The notes: generated from the sequence alone by a model not told the origin. DNA of 64,000 nt from Bradyrhizobium sp. (GCA_049509335.1 JBEKZZ010000016.1:3243-67242); one strand, 5' to 3'. Shown: positions 49,471 to 61,630, counted from the stretch's first letter. Numbers and translations: made by a program.

Positions 49471-49596
49471 GTGCCCCGGACGCAGCGCAGCGCTTCAGCG
49501 GTGCGCTGCTGATCCGGGGTCCATATCGCTCATCGTCTCTCAAATAGGTCCCGGCTCAGCGGCGCAGCACTGCGTGCTGCACCGCGTCCGGGACAC
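49471..49596. repeat. REP/RIME-like element (GTGCCCCGGACGC...GCGTCCGGGACAC)
   Basis: Terminal inverted repeats and nested GC hairpins. Confidence 0.82.
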
Positions 49597-49619
49597 GAAA
49601 GCATTTGCTCTTCACTTGA

Positions 49620-50135
49620 CATCAATTTGCGAAAGCCACGCGATTTGCCCGTCGTGGCCAACGTGTCGCAGGCGTTTTCGCTTGTGCCGACGGGCAAATC
49701 AAATCCACTTCTTCTCGCCGTCCCGTGCTCTTCCAAGAGGGCGCTTCGCGGTCGTCACGAACGTTGGGTGCGGGATGCGATGGACGCGGCGGTATCGCAA
49801 GACGAGCGATGCCTGTCGCGTACGGTGAAGCCATGCGGTCCTGACGCCCCGATGCTGGCGCCAAGTTCTTAAGAAGCTAACGCTTCTCAGGGATGACGGA
49901 GACAACCAAGCCGGTCTCCGGGGAGAACATGGAATAAGCCGTAAAGCCATCGCGCAGGGAAGGCCGGATTGATCCGGTGAACCTGTAGTGACTTACTCGT
50001 ATGCTTTTTACTTTCGCATACGAGGCTGCGGGTGCATTGGGCGCCCGGCTTTCCCTGCGCCCTCGGTTCTCGGGGGGCGACCCATCCCAACGATCCGGGC
50101 CCTGATTGGGGTCGCGGAGAGGCAGCGCCGTGGCT
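49620..50135. repeat. Long (~0.5 kb) structured non-coding element of a type recalled as multicopy in Bradyrhizobium
   Basis: GATTTGCCCGTCG/CGACGGGCAAATC inverted repeat; GCGCAGGGAAGGCCGG/CCGGCTTTCCCTGCGC pairing; no credible ORF; single copy in this window. Confidence 0.6.
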
Positions 50136-50310
50136 TTGGCGAGTTCCATGGAAATTCGCTAACCCCACCATATCTTGCATAAATATCAGGCCTGTACCGC
50201 AAGCCCTTGGCCATGGCCGGGCAATGTGGTATCCCGCGAGACCCTTTCGACCGCCATAACGGACCGACCGCGATACCCGTAATTGGTTGCGGCGGTGGAG
50301 ATATTTGCCC

Positions 50311-51612
50311 ATGAGCTCTTCGGCCAAGACCACTTTCGCGCCCGACTCGTTCTTCACCGCTACCTTAAGCGAGGCCGATCCCGACATTGCCGCCGCCATC
50401 CGCGGCGAGCTCGGCCGCCAGCGCCACGAGATCGAGCTGATCGCGTCTGAAAACATCGTTAGCCGTGCGGTACTGGAAGCGCAGGGCTCGGTGCTGACCA
50501 ACAAATACGCCGAAGGCTATCCCGGTAATCGCTACTACGGCGGCTGCGAATGGGTGGACGTGGTGGAAACGCTCGCGATCGAGCGCGCCAAGAAACTGTT
50601 CGGCGCCAGCTTCGCCAACGTGCAGCCCAATTCCGGCAGCCAGATGAATCAGGCGGTGTTTTTGGCGCTGCTTCAGCCCGGCGACACCTTCATGGGGCTC
50701 GATCTCGCCGCCGGCGGACACCTCACGCATGGATCGCCGGTCAACATGTCCGGCAAGTGGTTCAAGGCCTCGCATTACACCGTGCGCCGCGAAGACCAGA
50801 TCATCGACATGGACGAGGTCGCCAAGCAGGCCGAGCAAGTGCGGCCCAAGCTGATCATCGCCGGCGGCTCGGCCTATTCGCGTCCGTGGGATTTCAAACG
50901 CTTCCGCGAGATTGCCGACCACGTCGGCGCTTATCTCCTGGTCGATATGGCGCATTTCGCCGGCCTCGTGGCGGGCGGCGTTCATGCGTCGCCCGTTCCG
51001 CATGCGCATGTCACGACCACCACGACGCACAAGTCGCTGCGTGGCCCGCGCGGTGGCCTGATCCTCTGCAACGATGAGGCGCTGGCCAAAAAACTCAATT
51101 CGGCGATTTTCCCGGGGCTGCAAGGCGGTCCCTTGATGCATGTGATTGCGGCCAAGGCGGTGGCTTTTGCCGAAGCCTTGCGGCCGGACTTCAAGATCTA
51201 CGCCAAGAACGTCGTCGAAAACGCCAAGGCGCTGGCCGAGAGCCTGCGCGCCGAAGGCCTCGATATTGTTTCCGGCGGCACCGACAACCACCTGATGCTG
51301 GTCGATCTCCGCCCGAAGGGATTGAAGGGCAACGTCTCGGAAAAGGCGCTGGTGCGCGCGGCCATCACCTGCAACAAGAACGGCATTCCCTACGATCCGG
51401 AAAAACCATTCGTCACCTCGGGCCTGCGTCTGGGCACGCCGGCCGCGACCACGCGCGGGTTCGGGGTTGCCGAATTCAAGCAGGTCGGCGGCATGATCGC
51501 CGAGGTGCTGAACGCGGTGGCGCAGTCAAAGGATGGCGCCGCGCCCTTGGTGGAATCGGCCATGAAGGAACGGGTCAAGGCGCTCACCGACCGCTTTCCC
51601 ATTTATCAGTAA
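50311..51612 (+). CDS. glyA: Serine hydroxymethyltransferase
   Basis: [35 protein letters not shown] (PLP Lys). Confidence 0.98.
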   Translation: MSSSAKTTFAPDSFFTATLSEADPDIAAAIRGELGRQRHEIELIASENIVSRAVLEAQGSVLTNKYAEGYPGNRYYGGCEWVDVVETLAIERAKKLFGASFANVQPNSGSQMNQAVFLALLQPGDTFMGLDLAAGGHLTHGSPVNMSGKWFKASHYTVRREDQIIDMDEVAKQAEQVRPKLIIAGGSAYSRPWDFKRFREIADHVGAYLLVDMAHFAGLVAGGVHASPVPHAHVTTTTTHKSLRGPRGGLILCNDEALAKKLNSAIFPGLQGGPLMHVIAAKAVAFAEALRPDFKIYAKNVVENAKALAESLRAEGLDIVSGGTDNHLMLVDLRPKGLKGNVSEKALVRAAITCNKNGIPYDPEKPFVTSGLRLGTPAATTRGFGVAEFKQVGGMIAEVLNAVAQSKDGAAPLVESAMKERVKALTDRFPIYQ

Positions 51613-51624
51613 GGTCTGATCCGC

Positions 51625-52107
51625 ATGCGTTGCCCAAGCTGCAACAGTCTCGATACGCAGGTGAAGGACTCCCGTCCGACGGAAGAGTCCGCCGTGATCC
51701 GGCGCAGGCGCGTATGCGTGGCCTGCAACTTCCGTTTCACCACGTTCGAACGCGTGCAGCTTCGCGAATTGACGGTCATCAAGCGCAACGGCCGCAGGGT
51801 GCCGTTCGACCGCGACAAGCTGGTGCGCTCGGTGGCGATCTCCTTGCGCAAGCGTCCGGTGGATTCGGAGCGGGTCGAGAAGATGGTCTCCGCCATCGTG
51901 CGCGAACTCGAGAGCGGTGGCGAGGCGGAAATATCCTCCGAGGCGATCGGCGAGATCGTGATGGAGCATCTGCGCCAGCTCGACGACGTCGCCTATGTGC
52001 GCTTTGCGTCGGTCTACCGCAATTTCCGTGAGGCCAAGGACTTTGAGGCTGTGCTCGGCGAGCTCTCCGGCGACGACGACGCCCGGATCGCCTTGTTGCG
52101 AAAATGA
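51625..52107 (+). CDS. nrdR: Transcriptional repressor NrdR
   Basis: MRCPSC...RRRRVC..C..RFTTFER; ATP-cone; [10 protein letters not shown]. Confidence 0.97.
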   Translation: MRCPSCNSLDTQVKDSRPTEESAVIRRRRVCVACNFRFTTFERVQLRELTVIKRNGRRVPFDRDKLVRSVAISLRKRPVDSERVEKMVSAIVRELESGGEAEISSEAIGEIVMEHLRQLDDVAYVRFASVYRNFREAKDFEAVLGELSGDDDARIALLRK

Positions 52108-53249
52108 TCTTCCCCGGCGCGGAAGAGCAAGTCACAGAGAATACGAGCCTGGCTGATGTGTCCGATCAGCGCTTCATGGCGCTGGCGCTGGCTCTTGGCC
52201 GGCGCGGCCTGGGACGCACGCATCCCAATCCCGCCGTGGGCGCCTTGGTCGTCAAAAACGGTGTCATTGTCGGCCGGGGCTGGACCCAACCTGGCGGCCG
52301 GCCACATGCCGAACCCGTTGCGCTAGCGCAAGCGGGTGAGGCGGCGCGCGGCGCCACGCTCTATGTGACACTCGAGCCCTGTTCGCATACCGGCAAGTCG
52401 CCGCCTTGTGCCGATGTGGTGATCGCTGCCGGCATCAAACGTGTGGTGTCGGCGATCGAGGACCCCAATCCGGAAGTGGCAGGGCAGGGCCATGCGAGGT
52501 TGCGGGCGGCCGGAATCGCGGTCGATGTCGGGCTTGGCGCCGCGGAAGCAGCGTACGCCCATGCCGGACATTTCCGGCGCATCCGCGATAGGCGCCCGCA
52601 CGTGATCCTGAAACTCGCTGTTACCACCGACGACAAGATCGGAACCGCGGGTCACAAGCCTGTCGCGATCTCGGGGGAGGTGGCCCGCGCGCGCACGCAT
52701 CTCCTGAGGGCCCAGTGCGACGCCATTCTGGTCGGGATCGGCACGGCGCTGTCGGACGATCCGCTATTGACCTGCCGGTTGCCGGGCATGGAGGCGCGCT
52801 CGCCGGTGCGCGTCGTGCTCGATCGCGCGTTGCGGATACCGGCCACAAGCCGCCTGGTTCATTCGGCACGCAGCACGCCTCTCTGGGTGGTGAGCTCTAA
52901 CCTCGCCGAAGCGCCCGCGGCGGCGATGCTGGGCGCCACGGGGGCGCAGGTGATCCGTGTCGCATCGACGCCGACCGGATTGGACCTGCCGGCGGTGCTG
53001 CACGCTTTGGCGGAACGCGGTATCACCCGGCTTCTGGTCGAGGGCGGGGCGCGCGTGGCGTCGTCTTTCGTCTCTGCAAATCTTGTCGATGAATTCTGGC
53101 TGATCCGCGGTCCGGACGCGATTGGAGCCGATGGCGTGGCGGCGCTGGATGCATTGCCGCTTTCCGCAATCACCCAGTCGCCGGCCTTTCGCGTTCATGC
53201 TAGCGAAAGCCTCGGTACCGACACTCTTACCGTCTACGAGCGCGCCTAA
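52104..53249 (+). CDS. ribD: Riboflavin biosynthesis deaminase/reductase
   Basis: PNPAVG, HAE, TLEPCSH.G.SPPC, VEGGA. Confidence 0.96.
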   Translation: MIFPGAEEQVTENTSLADVSDQRFMALALALGRRGLGRTHPNPAVGALVVKNGVIVGRGWTQPGGRPHAEPVALAQAGEAARGATLYVTLEPCSHTGKSPPCADVVIAAGIKRVVSAIEDPNPEVAGQGHARLRAAGIAVDVGLGAAEAAYAHAGHFRRIRDRRPHVILKLAVTTDDKIGTAGHKPVAISGEVARARTHLLRAQCDAILVGIGTALSDDPLLTCRLPGMEARSPVRVVLDRALRIPATSRLVHSARSTPLWVVSSNLAEAPAAAMLGATGAQVIRVASTPTGLDLPAVLHALAERGITRLLVEGGARVASSFVSANLVDEFWLIRGPDAIGADGVAALDALPLSAITQSPAFRVHASESLGTDTLTVYERA

Positions 53250-53857
53250 TGTTCACCGGCATCGTCACCGACATCGGGGAGATCGAAAGCCTCACGGCTG
53301 TGGTGAAAGGCCAGTTGCACCGGCTGCGCATCGTCTGCCGCTACGATCGTGCGACGATTGCCGACGGCGCCTCGATTGCCTGCAATGGCGTCTGTCTGAC
53401 GGTGGTCGCTTCGGGTGTCGATCGGGGCAAGACCTGGTTCGATGTGGACGCCGCCGCTGAAACGCTCGGGATGACGACGGCGAAGCACTGGGCTGTTGGC
53501 AGCAAGCTCAACCTCGAACGGGCGCTCAAGATTGGCGACGAACTCGGCGGCCATATCGTCGCGGGGCATGCGGACGGCGTGGCCACCGTCCTCTCGCGCG
53601 AGGATCTCCCCGACATGGCGCGGTTCGAACTCAACACCGCGCGGGAACTGGCGCGCTTTATCGCGCCCAAGGGCTCGATCACGCTCGACGGCGTCTCGCT
53701 CACTGTCAACACGGTCAAGGACACGGCTTTTTCCGTGCTGATCATTCCCCACACGCTTCAAGTCACGACCTTGTCGTCCTGGCGCGCGGGCAGCGAGGTC
53801 AATGTCGAAGTAGACCTGATGGCCCGATACGCGGCGCGACTTTCCGAAATGAAATGA
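53249..53857 (+). CDS. ribE: Riboflavin synthase (alpha chain)
   Basis: MFTGIV N-terminus, SIACNGVCLTV, GGHIVAGH. Confidence 0.96.
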   Translation: MFTGIVTDIGEIESLTAVVKGQLHRLRIVCRYDRATIADGASIACNGVCLTVVASGVDRGKTWFDVDAAAETLGMTTAKHWAVGSKLNLERALKIGDELGGHIVAGHADGVATVLSREDLPDMARFELNTARELARFIAPKGSITLDGVSLTVNTVKDTAFSVLIIPHTLQVTTLSSWRAGSEVNVEVDLMARYAARLSEMK

Positions 53858-53952
53858 TGCGTTGCGATAATTATAAACGGCGACTACAAGGCGCGAAAAC
53901 GTTGACATTTAACGCTATCGTTAATTGCCAACGAAAACAGATGGATTGAAGA

Positions 53953-54450
53953 ATGGCAGATGCGCGGCGCGCACCTTTGAAAGACCAGACCGATATTTCC
54001 GGCGCGCGGGCGCTGATTGTCGAGGCGCGTTTTTATGACGACATTCAGGATGCGCTGCTCGAAGGCGCCGTCACCGAACTCAAGGCGGCCGGCGTCGGCC
54101 ACGACCTCTTGACTGTTCCCGGCGCGCTGGAAATTCCGGCCGCGATCGCGATTGCGATTGATGCTGCGGAAAAGGCCGGCAAGCCCTACGATGCCGCGAT
54201 TGCGCTCGGTTGCGTGATCCGCGGCGACACCATCCATTTCGAGATCGTTTCGCAGGAGTCCTCGCGCGCGCTGATGGATTTAGCGGTGGCGAAACGGTTT
54301 CCGCTTGGCAACGGCATCATCACCGTCAACACCGAGGCGCAAGCCTGGGCGCGGGCGCGCGCCTCCGAACTCAACAAGGGCGGCGATGCCGCGCGCGCGG
54401 CGCTCGCAATGCTGCGGATCAAGCGGCGGCTGACCGGACCGCGATCATGA
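53953..54450 (+). CDS. ribH: 6,7-dimethyl-8-ribityllumazine synthase
   Basis: [26 protein letters not shown]. Confidence 0.96.
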   Translation: MADARRAPLKDQTDISGARALIVEARFYDDIQDALLEGAVTELKAAGVGHDLLTVPGALEIPAAIAIAIDAAEKAGKPYDAAIALGCVIRGDTIHFEIVSQESSRALMDLAVAKRFPLGNGIITVNTEAQAWARARASELNKGGDAARAALAMLRIKRRLTGPRS

Positions 54451-54950
54451 GCGGCGACAAGAAAAAGCTTGTGAAGGGTGCAGACAAAAAAGCCAACCGG
54501 CGCGGGGCGGCAAGGCTGGCCGCGGTTCAGGCGCTCTATCAAATGGACATTGCCGGCGCCGGCATCAACGACATTTTCGCGGAGTTCGAAAGCCACTGGC
54601 TTGGCGGCGAAGTCGAGGGTGACAGGTACCTGCCGGCGGAAGCCGCGTTTTTCCGAGACGTGGTCTCGGGTGTGGTACGCGATCAGGCAAAGCTCGATCC
54701 CCTGATCGACGATGCGCTGGCGAAAGGCTGGCCGCTGAAGCGGATCGATGCCATCCTGCGCGCGGTGTTGCGCGCCGGCGCCTATGAGCTGGAACATCGC
54801 AAGGACGTTCCCGGCCGTGTTGTGGTGTCGGAATATGTCGATGTCGCGCACGCCTTTGTCGAGGCGGAGGAGACCGGCATGGTGAATGCGGTACTCGACC
54901 AGATTGCGCGCCAGTTCCGCGCCAGCGAATTCGTGCGGGCCGGTGGCTGA
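54447..54950 (+). CDS. nusB: Transcription antitermination factor NusB
   Basis: [29 protein letters not shown]; ATGA overlap with ribH. Confidence 0.96.
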   Translation: MSGDKKKLVKGADKKANRRGAARLAAVQALYQMDIAGAGINDIFAEFESHWLGGEVEGDRYLPAEAAFFRDVVSGVVRDQAKLDPLIDDALAKGWPLKRIDAILRAVLRAGAYELEHRKDVPGRVVVSEYVDVAHAFVEAEETGMVNAVLDQIARQFRASEFVRAGG

Positions 54951-54951
54951 G

Positions 54952-55953
54952 ATGATGGCTCCCGGTGCGCCAGCATCCGGCGAGGATTCCCTGATCGCGC
55001 GCTACTTCAAGCCGCTGGCGACCGATCCCGGCGCGTTCGGCCTGACGGACGATGCGGCTGTTCTGAAGGCGCGTGGCGAAGACATCGTCGTCACGACGGA
55101 CGCCATCGTCGAGGGCGTCCATTTCCTGTCCGACGATCCACCGCACACCATCGCAAAGAAAGCCTTGCGCGTGAATCTGTCCGATCTCGCGGCCAAGGGG
55201 GCGACGCCGGCGGGTTTCGTCCTGACCCTGGCGCTCCGCGCGGTGGACGAAACCTGGCTTGCGGCCTTCGCCCGCGGATTGGGAGAGGACACGAGCGCGT
55301 TCAATTGCCCACTGCTGGGCGGCGATACGGTTTCCACGCCCGGTCCCCTGATGATCTCGGTGACGGCATTTGGCCGCGTCCCGCACGGCAAAATGGTCCA
55401 TCGAAGCGGCGCAAAGCCTGGCGACCATGTCGTGGTGACGGGCACGATCGGCGACGCCGCACTTGGTCTCGACATTCTCCGAAAGGGAAGGGCGATGGCT
55501 GCGCTTGTCGATGATGCCCCGTCACGTGACATGCTGATTGGTCGTTATCGCGTGCCCGAGCCCCGGAACGCGCTCGCCTCAGTCATCCGAGCGCATGCCG
55601 ATGCCGCCATGGATGTATCCGATGGGTTGGCAGGCGACCTCGCCAAGCTCTGTGCGGCCTCCGGTGTGTCGGCTGTGATCGACGTTCCGTCCGTCCCGGT
55701 GTCGGCCGCCGCCAAAGTTGTGCTTGCCGCCTCAGCTGCCGGCATTGAAAACCTAATTTCCGGTGGCGATGACTACGAGATTCTGTGCACGGTTCGCCCG
55801 AGCGCACTCGAAGAGTTCATGCGGGAGGCTCGAACGGCGGGGATCGCGGCAAGCCCGATCGGGACCATTGTTGCTGGCGTAGCTGCTCCCAAGTTTCTGG
55901 ATGCAATGGGTAAGGAACTGGCGTTAACGCGAACGTCCTACAGCCATTTCTAG
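54952..55953 (+). CDS. thiL: Thiamine-monophosphate kinase
   Basis: DDAAV, VEGVHF, NLSDLAAKGA, GGDT, DVSDGL, GGDDYE. Confidence 0.95.
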   Translation: MMAPGAPASGEDSLIARYFKPLATDPGAFGLTDDAAVLKARGEDIVVTTDAIVEGVHFLSDDPPHTIAKKALRVNLSDLAAKGATPAGFVLTLALRAVDETWLAAFARGLGEDTSAFNCPLLGGDTVSTPGPLMISVTAFGRVPHGKMVHRSGAKPGDHVVVTGTIGDAALGLDILRKGRAMAALVDDAPSRDMLIGRYRVPEPRNALASVIRAHADAAMDVSDGLAGDLAKLCAASGVSAVIDVPSVPVSAAAKVVLAASAAGIENLISGGDDYEILCTVRPSALEEFMREARTAGIAASPIGTIVAGVAAPKFLDAMGKELALTRTSYSHF

Positions 55954-56162
55954 GATTTTGGGGGAAATGGCCGGTTTCCTTACAAATACCTATCGAAATC
56001 GACCGTTTTTGCGTGCCGCAGCGTTGCGCCGGGGGTGCGATTTTGGCATGGTCCCGGCCGATTTCAGGCCACCCTTTTGGGCAGGGCGGGCCTGCTTTTT
56101 GAGCGCCGGCCGCGATCGCGGCCATGGCGTGGGGACATTCCTAGACATCTGAGGCAAGTTCA

Positions 56163-58283
56163 ATGACAGCATTATGGTTGATCGTGCTCTGCGGCGCGCT
56201 TTCTATCGTCTACGCTATCTGGGCGACCATGTCGGTTATGAAAGCCGACGCCGGCAATCCGCGCATGCAGGAAATTGCGGCCGCGGTACGTGAAGGCGCG
56301 CAAGCCTATCTGCGGCGCCAGTACACGACGATCGGTATCGTCGGGGTCGTGATCTTCGCACTGCTGGCCTATTTCCTGGGCATTCTTGTTGCTGTTGGTT
56401 TTGCGATCGGCGCGATCCTTTCGGGCGCCGCCGGCTTCATCGGTATGAACGTGTCGGTTCGCGCCAACGTGCGCACCGCGCAGGCTGCCACCACCTCGCT
56501 CGCCGGCGGCCTCGAACTCGCCTTCAAGGCCGGCGCCATCACCGGCATGCTGGTCGCGGGTCTGGCCCTGCTCGGCGTCACCCTTTATTTCGGCTTCCTG
56601 ACGTTCTCGCTGCATCTTCCTGTCGACGACCGCACCGTCATCGATGCGATGGTGGCGCTCGGCTTCGGCGCGTCGCTGATCTCGATCTTTGCGCGTCTCG
56701 GCGGCGGTATCTTCACCAAGGGCGCTGACGTCGGCGGTGACCTCGTCGGCAAGGTCGAGGCCGGCATTCCCGAAGACGATCCACGTAACCCCGCCACCAT
56801 CGCCGACAACGTCGGTGACAACGTCGGCGACTGCGCCGGCATGGCGGCTGACCTGTTTGAGACCTATGCGGTGACGGCGGTTGCCACCATGGTGCTGGCG
56901 GCGATCTTCTTCGCGAAGACGCCGATCCTCGCCAACATGATGACGCTGCCGCTCGCTATCGGCGGTATCTGCATCATCACCTCCATCATCGGTACCTTTT
57001 TCGTCAAGCTCGGCGCGAGCCAGTCGATCATGGGTGCTCTGTACAAGGGTCTGATCGCCACGGGCATCCTGTCGCTGGTGGGCGTTGCGGGCGTGATCCA
57101 CACTCTGATTGGCTTCGACAAACTCGCCGGCGTTGATTTCACCGGCATGGCGTTGTTCGAATGCGGTATCGTCGGTCTTGCTGTCACAGGTCTGATCATC
57201 TGGATCACCGAGTACTACACCGGCACCGACTTCCGTCCCGTGAAGTCGATCGCGGCGGCCTCGGTCACGGGCCACGGCACCAACGTGATCCAGGGCCTTG
57301 CGATCTCGATGGAGTCGACTGCGCTGCCCGCCCTCGTCATCATCGCCGGCATCCTCATCACCTACAGCCTCGCCGGCCTGTTCGGCATTGCGATTGCTAC
57401 CACCACAATGCTGTCGCTGGCCGGCATGATCGTCGCGCTCGACGCCTTCGGTCCGGTTACGGACAATGCGGGCGGCATCGCGGAAATGGCCGGCCTTCCG
57501 AAGGAAGTGCGCAAGTCGACCGACGCGCTCGACGCGGTCGGCAACACCACCAAGGCCGTCACCAAGGGCTATGCGATCGGCTCGGCCGGCCTCGGCGCGC
57601 TGGTGCTGTTCGCGGCCTATAACCAGGACCTGAAGTTCTTCATCGCGGACTCGGCCCATCATCCCTACTTCAAGGACGTCATCCCGGACTTTTCGCTGGT
57701 CAACCCCTATGTGGTCGTAGGTCTCCTGTTCGGCGGTCTGTTGCCCTATCTGTTCGGCGCAATGGGCATGACCGCGGTGGGACGTGCGGCCGGCGCGATC
57801 GTGGAAGAGGTGCGTCGCCAATTCCGCGAAAAGCCCGGCATCATGCAAGGCACCGACAAGCCGGACTATGGCAAGGCGGTCGACCTCCTGACCAAGGCAG
57901 CGATCAAGGAAATGATCATTCCTTCGCTGCTGCCGGTGTTGTCGCCGATCGTAGTCTACTTCGTAATCTACGCGATTGCGGGCGGCGGCGTGGCCGGCAA
58001 GTCGGCGGCGTTCTCTGCCGTCGGCGCGATGCTGTTAGGTGTGATCGTCACCGGCCTGTTCGTCGCGATCTCGATGACTTCGGGCGGCGGCGCCTGGGAT
58101 AACGCCAAGAAGTACATTGAAGACGGCCACTATGGCGGCAAGGGCTCGGACGCCCACAAGGCCGCGGTGACCGGCGATACCGTCGGCGATCCCTACAAGG
58201 ACACGGCGGGCCCCGCGGTCAACCCGATGATCAAGATCACGAACATCGTGGCGCTGTTGTTGCTGGCGATCCTCGCGCATTAA
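56163..58283 (+). CDS. hppA: Membrane H+-translocating pyrophosphatase, K+-independent type
   Basis: [26 protein letters not shown] (Lys determinant of K+-independence), [10 protein letters not shown]. Confidence 0.95.
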   Translation: MTALWLIVLCGALSIVYAIWATMSVMKADAGNPRMQEIAAAVREGAQAYLRRQYTTIGIVGVVIFALLAYFLGILVAVGFAIGAILSGAAGFIGMNVSVRANVRTAQAATTSLAGGLELAFKAGAITGMLVAGLALLGVTLYFGFLTFSLHLPVDDRTVIDAMVALGFGASLISIFARLGGGIFTKGADVGGDLVGKVEAGIPEDDPRNPATIADNVGDNVGDCAGMAADLFETYAVTAVATMVLAAIFFAKTPILANMMTLPLAIGGICIITSIIGTFFVKLGASQSIMGALYKGLIATGILSLVGVAGVIHTLIGFDKLAGVDFTGMALFECGIVGLAVTGLIIWITEYYTGTDFRPVKSIAAASVTGHGTNVIQGLAISMESTALPALVIIAGILITYSLAGLFGIAIATTTMLSLAGMIVALDAFGPVTDNAGGIAEMAGLPKEVRKSTDALDAVGNTTKAVTKGYAIGSAGLGALVLFAAYNQDLKFFIADSAHHPYFKDVIPDFSLVNPYVVVGLLFGGLLPYLFGAMGMTAVGRAAGAIVEEVRRQFREKPGIMQGTDKPDYGKAVDLLTKAAIKEMIIPSLLPVLSPIVVYFVIYAIAGGGVAGKSAAFSAVGAMLLGVIVTGLFVAISMTSGGGAWDNAKKYIEDGHYGGKGSDAHKAAVTGDTVGDPYKDTAGPAVNPMIKITNIVALLLLAILAH

Positions 58284-58300
58284 GACGCGCGACTAAACAT

Positions 58301-58333
58301 AAACCCCCGCGGGTTGCGACCCGCGGGGGTTTT
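58301..58333. terminator. Bidirectional rho-independent terminator
   Basis: AAACCCCCGCGGGT-tgcg-ACCCGCGGGGGTTTT. Confidence 0.85.
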
Positions 58334-58382
58334 GATTCAGACGACGATGGGGGCCGATCCGGGCGATATGCCCGGCGATAGA

Positions 58383-58859
58383 TTAATTGTTGCTGCCCTG
58401 ACCGATGTTGAGCGCCTTGAACAGCGGTGCGACGTAATTGATTTCCTGGCCCGAGGTCGGTGTGGTGCGGCTGATGAAGTCGAAGATCATGCCGTCTTTC
58501 AGTCCATAGTTGGCAAGGCGCCGCACCTGGCGGTTCTTGTCGAAATAGACCGCGATCACACGCTGGTCGACGATCCGATCGTTCATGAAGGCGATCGGTC
58601 GTTCGGCGCGCTGGGAAATATAGTAGAAGACCTCACCGTTGAGCGTGGCGACGGTGGAGGGGGTTCCCATTACGATCAGCACCTGATCCTGACTGGCGCC
58701 GATCGGGATTTGTTCGAGCGCGCCGGGGGGCAGGATATAGCCCTTCTGGAACTGCTCGCCGCAGCCGCCGACGGCGCACAGCAACGCGACTGCGGCCACG
58801 GTTCGCAGACCGCGCCAACGTAGGCTGCGTGCAAAGCCTGTCAGACTGGGCTTGATCAT
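58383..58859 (-). CDS. bamE: Outer membrane assembly lipoprotein BamE
   Basis: Lipobox VGGC, SQDQVL..MGTPS, FYYISQ, VIAVYFD. Confidence 0.88.
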   Translation of the reverse strand: MIKPSLTGFARSLRWRGLRTVAAVALLCAVGGCGEQFQKGYILPPGALEQIPIGASQDQVLIVMGTPSTVATLNGEVFYYISQRAERPIAFMNDRIVDQRVIAVYFDKNRQVRRLANYGLKDGMIFDFISRTTPTSGQEINYVAPLFKALNIGQGSNN

Positions 58860-58977
58860 TCGGAAGGCGTCCCATCCCCTTGCATCGCGTGAGGGCTTGA
58901 CGTACCCGGCAAGATGCTTGTTTGCAACAAATGCGGGTCCATCGGGCTCGCTAGTGTGGACACTATCGGAACCCTCA

Positions 58978-59532
58978 ATGCTTTGGCCATTCAATCACTT
59001 CAGTAAGTCCCGGACGCCCCCGCGCGGCACCATTGAGGCCATCTATGGCATGATCGTGACGCAGGCGCGAGAACCGTCGTTCTACCGACAACTTGGGGTG
59101 GCCGATACGGTTAATGGCCGTTTTGACCTACTGGTGCTGCATTTGTGGATCGTTTTGCGGCGATTTCGATCTGGGGAAGGAACTGCCAGTGTCTCGCAGG
59201 CTCTTTTTGATCGTTTCTGCGAGGACATGGACGCCAATTTGAGGGAAATGGGTGTGGGCGATCTCACCGTTCCCAAGCGGATGCAGGCATTTGGGGAAGC
59301 GTTTTACGGCCGTGCAGCGGCCTACGACGCGGCTTTTGCCACTGGTGAGGAGGCGCTGGCCCAGGCCATTTGCAAGAACGTTCTGAACGGGGAAGGCATG
59401 GAAAAAGCACGACGGCTTGCTACCTATGCGAAAATCGTCCTGGCCCGTCTTGATGGCCTCGAAGATTCCGTACTTGTGGCTGCCGCATGGACTTTTCCTG
59501 CCCCGGCCGAAGCAGGCGAGTCCGATTCCTGA
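58978..59532 (+). CDS. Ubiquinol-cytochrome c chaperone (Cbp3-like)
   Basis: GVADTVNGRFDLLVLH, DANLREMGVGDLTVPKRM. Confidence 0.9.
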   Translation: MLWPFNHFSKSRTPPRGTIEAIYGMIVTQAREPSFYRQLGVADTVNGRFDLLVLHLWIVLRRFRSGEGTASVSQALFDRFCEDMDANLREMGVGDLTVPKRMQAFGEAFYGRAAAYDAAFATGEEALAQAICKNVLNGEGMEKARRLATYAKIVLARLDGLEDSVLVAAAWTFPAPAEAGESDS

Positions 59533-59545
59533 AGGGTAATGGCCA

Positions 59546-60139
59546 ATGAACCCCGCTGACCCCTGGCGTGTCCCCGTTATCGTGGCGCAAATACCCGATA
59601 CCGGATTGTATCGCGCGTTCGAAGCCGGTGAGGCAACCCGCGCGGCAATGGCTAATCTTGCCGGTTTGCGTGAAATCATGTCGGCGAGCGCCTCGTTCGA
59701 TCTGAAGCTTAAAAGCGGCGGGCGCGTTCATGTCACGGGCGAGGTGCGTGGTCGGGTCGGGCAGACCTGTATCGTGACGCTTGATCCTATCGAGAATGAG
59801 ATCGAGGAGACGGTCGACCTGACGTTTGCGCCCGCGGAGCAAATTCGCAGCCTCTCCGCTTTGGTCGATGAAGCTGCCCAAAGCGAAGATGAAGAAGTCC
59901 CCGATCCGCCGGAACCGATCATCGACGGCGTGATCGATCTTGGCCGGCTTGCCACTGATGTCTTGTTCCTGGCGATCGATCCTTATCCGCGCAGGCGCGA
60001 TGCGGTGTTTGAGCCGCCGCTGGAAATCGTCGACCCCGCGGATCACCCGTTTGCGGCGCTGAAGGCGCTGCAAACAGGTGGCACGTCCACCTCCGCCAAG
60101 AAGGATCCCAAGATTCCCGGGGATGGCAAGGGCCGATGA
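59546..60139 (+). CDS. YceD/DUF177 family protein
   Basis: QTCIVTLDP, IDLG..LAIDPYPR, HPFAALKAL; upstream of plsX. Confidence 0.9.
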   Translation: MNPADPWRVPVIVAQIPDTGLYRAFEAGEATRAAMANLAGLREIMSASASFDLKLKSGGRVHVTGEVRGRVGQTCIVTLDPIENEIEETVDLTFAPAEQIRSLSALVDEAAQSEDEEVPDPPEPIIDGVIDLGRLATDVLFLAIDPYPRRRDAVFEPPLEIVDPADHPFAALKALQTGGTSTSAKKDPKIPGDGKGR

Positions 60140-60371
60140 GGTACTGCAAGTGATTCTGGCGTAATGCCAACTTCCAAAGATGGATTTAAGTATTTGAAAT
60201 AATTTATCTTATGTCTACGGGGCCGTTCTGCCGTTCCGTCGCTTGCGCCGCAAAAGGTGGCGGTCAAGAGGTTGTGTCGGTACAGGGAAACGCTATTGTC
60301 GCGGCCCGGCTTGGCAAGGTATCGCGTCTTGCCGATAGCCGTAATCGCGGCGACTTCCGCAACTGGCATTT

Positions 60372-60538
60372 CAAGTGCGGCGAATTCGGAGTTCCTATCA
60401 GTGTTCCCGCAAGTTCGTGGTAGGAACTCCAAATTAGAGGCCGCTACTCAACTCAATAACTTGCTAGAGCTCCTTCGATTCCGAAGTTCGCAAAGAGATT
60501 GCCGCGATATCATGCGAACTTCAGAATCGGGACACTAG
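60372..60538. repeat. Bipartite CTAG-bounded hairpin element, copy 2
   Basis: AGTGCGGCGAATT..GTTCC.ATCAGT..GGAACT..GGCCGC, AT-rich spacer, then CTAGAGCTCC..GATTCCGAAGTTCGCA..TGCGAACTTCAGAATC..CTAG; colinear with 16510-16676. Confidence 0.82.
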
Positions 60539-60568
60539 TCCGAAAGAGATCGGGTTTCCGGGACGTTC

Positions 60569-61630
60569 ATGCCTCAAAAGGTTCGAATAGCGCTTGACGC
60601 CATGGGAGGTGACGTCGGCGCCTCAGTCGTTATTCCCGGCGCGGCGATTTCGTTAACTCGACATCCCGGCACTGAATTTCTCCTGTTCGGCGATCGAGGC
60701 GCCATCGACGCGCAACTCGCAAAACATCCGGCTTTGAAGGCGGTCTCTTCCGTCATCCATACGGACGTTGCCGTCAGCATGCACGACAAACCGAGTCAGG
60801 CTTTGCGCCGCGGCCGCAAGAACTCCTCGATGTGGCTGGCGATCGAAGCCGTCAAAAAGGGCGAGGCCGATGTCGCGGTATCCGCCGGCAATACCGGGGC
60901 GCTGGCGGCGATGGCGCGGTTTTGCCTTCGTATGCTGCCAGGGATCGACCGACCGGCGCTGGCGGCGATATGGCCGACGGCACGCGGCGATTCCGTCGTG
61001 CTTGACCTCGGCGCCACGATCGGTGGCGATGCGCATCATCTGGTAGCGCTGGCGGTGATGGGTAGCGCCATGGCGAGCGTGTTGTTCGATCTGGCGAGGC
61101 CGACCGTCGGCCTGCTTAATATCGGCGTCGAAGAGATCAAGGGCCGCGAGGAAATTCGCGAAGCGGCCGAACTGCTGCGCGCGATGAACCTCCCCCAGCT
61201 CGAATATGTCGGCTTTGTCGAGGGCGACGGCATCGGGCGCGGTGCGGCTGACGTCATCGTTGCAGAAGGTTTCAGCGGCAATATTGCCCTGAAAGCCGCC
61301 GAAGGCACAGCGCGCCAGATCACCGAATTCTTGCGCGCGGCGCTGTCACAGACTTGGCGCTCGAAGATTGGTTATCTATTCGCCAAAAATGCCTTCAAGG
61401 CGCTGCGCGACAAGCTTGACCCCTCGAAATCCAATGGCAGTGTGGTGCTCGGACTGAACGGAATCGTCGTCAAGAGCCATGGTGGAACCGACGCCGATGG
61501 CTTTGCCTATGCCGTCGATGTTGGCTATGAGATGGCCCACTACGATCTCCTCAACAAGATCAATCAAATGCTTAAACTCGATGGCGGCGCCCTGGCTCCA
61601 TCGCCGACCACGCAGGAGCCTGTCTCTTGA
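60569..61630 (+). CDS. plsX: Phosphate acyltransferase
   Basis: [29 protein letters not shown]. Confidence 0.96.
   Translation: MPQKVRIALDAMGGDVGASVVIPGAAISLTRHPGTEFLLFGDRGAIDAQLAKHPALKAVSSVIHTDVAVSMHDKPSQALRRGRKNSSMWLAIEAVKKGEADVAVSAGNTGALAAMARFCLRMLPGIDRPALAAIWPTARGDSVVLDLGATIGGDAHHLVALAVMGSAMASVLFDLARPTVGLLNIGVEEIKGREEIREAAELLRAMNLPQLEYVGFVEGDGIGRGAADVIVAEGFSGNIALKAAEGTARQITEFLRAALSQTWRSKIGYLFAKNAFKALRDKLDPSKSNGSVVLGLNGIVVKSHGGTDADGFAYAVDVGYEMAHYDLLNKINQMLKLDGGALAPSPTTQEPVS

Noticed and set aside
50140-50310. ZTP or glycine riboswitch upstream of glyA
   Set aside because: Could not identify the consensus elements of either aptamer
53858-53952. FMN riboswitch or CtrA box before ribH
   Set aside because: Too short for an RFN element, and the TTAA..TTAA spacing is 8 rather than 7; possibly an internal promoter but not well supported
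56172-57848. Long antisense ORFs (also 12567-13829, 30784-32142, 17931-19172, 6370-7671)
   Set aside because: They mirror well-supported genes; stop-poor antisense frames are expected at high GC, and no motifs were recognised
60140-60568. Missing rpmF between yceD and plsX
   Set aside because: rpmF is commonly located elsewhere in rhizobia, so this is not evidence of loss; the gap holds promoter sequence and a repeat
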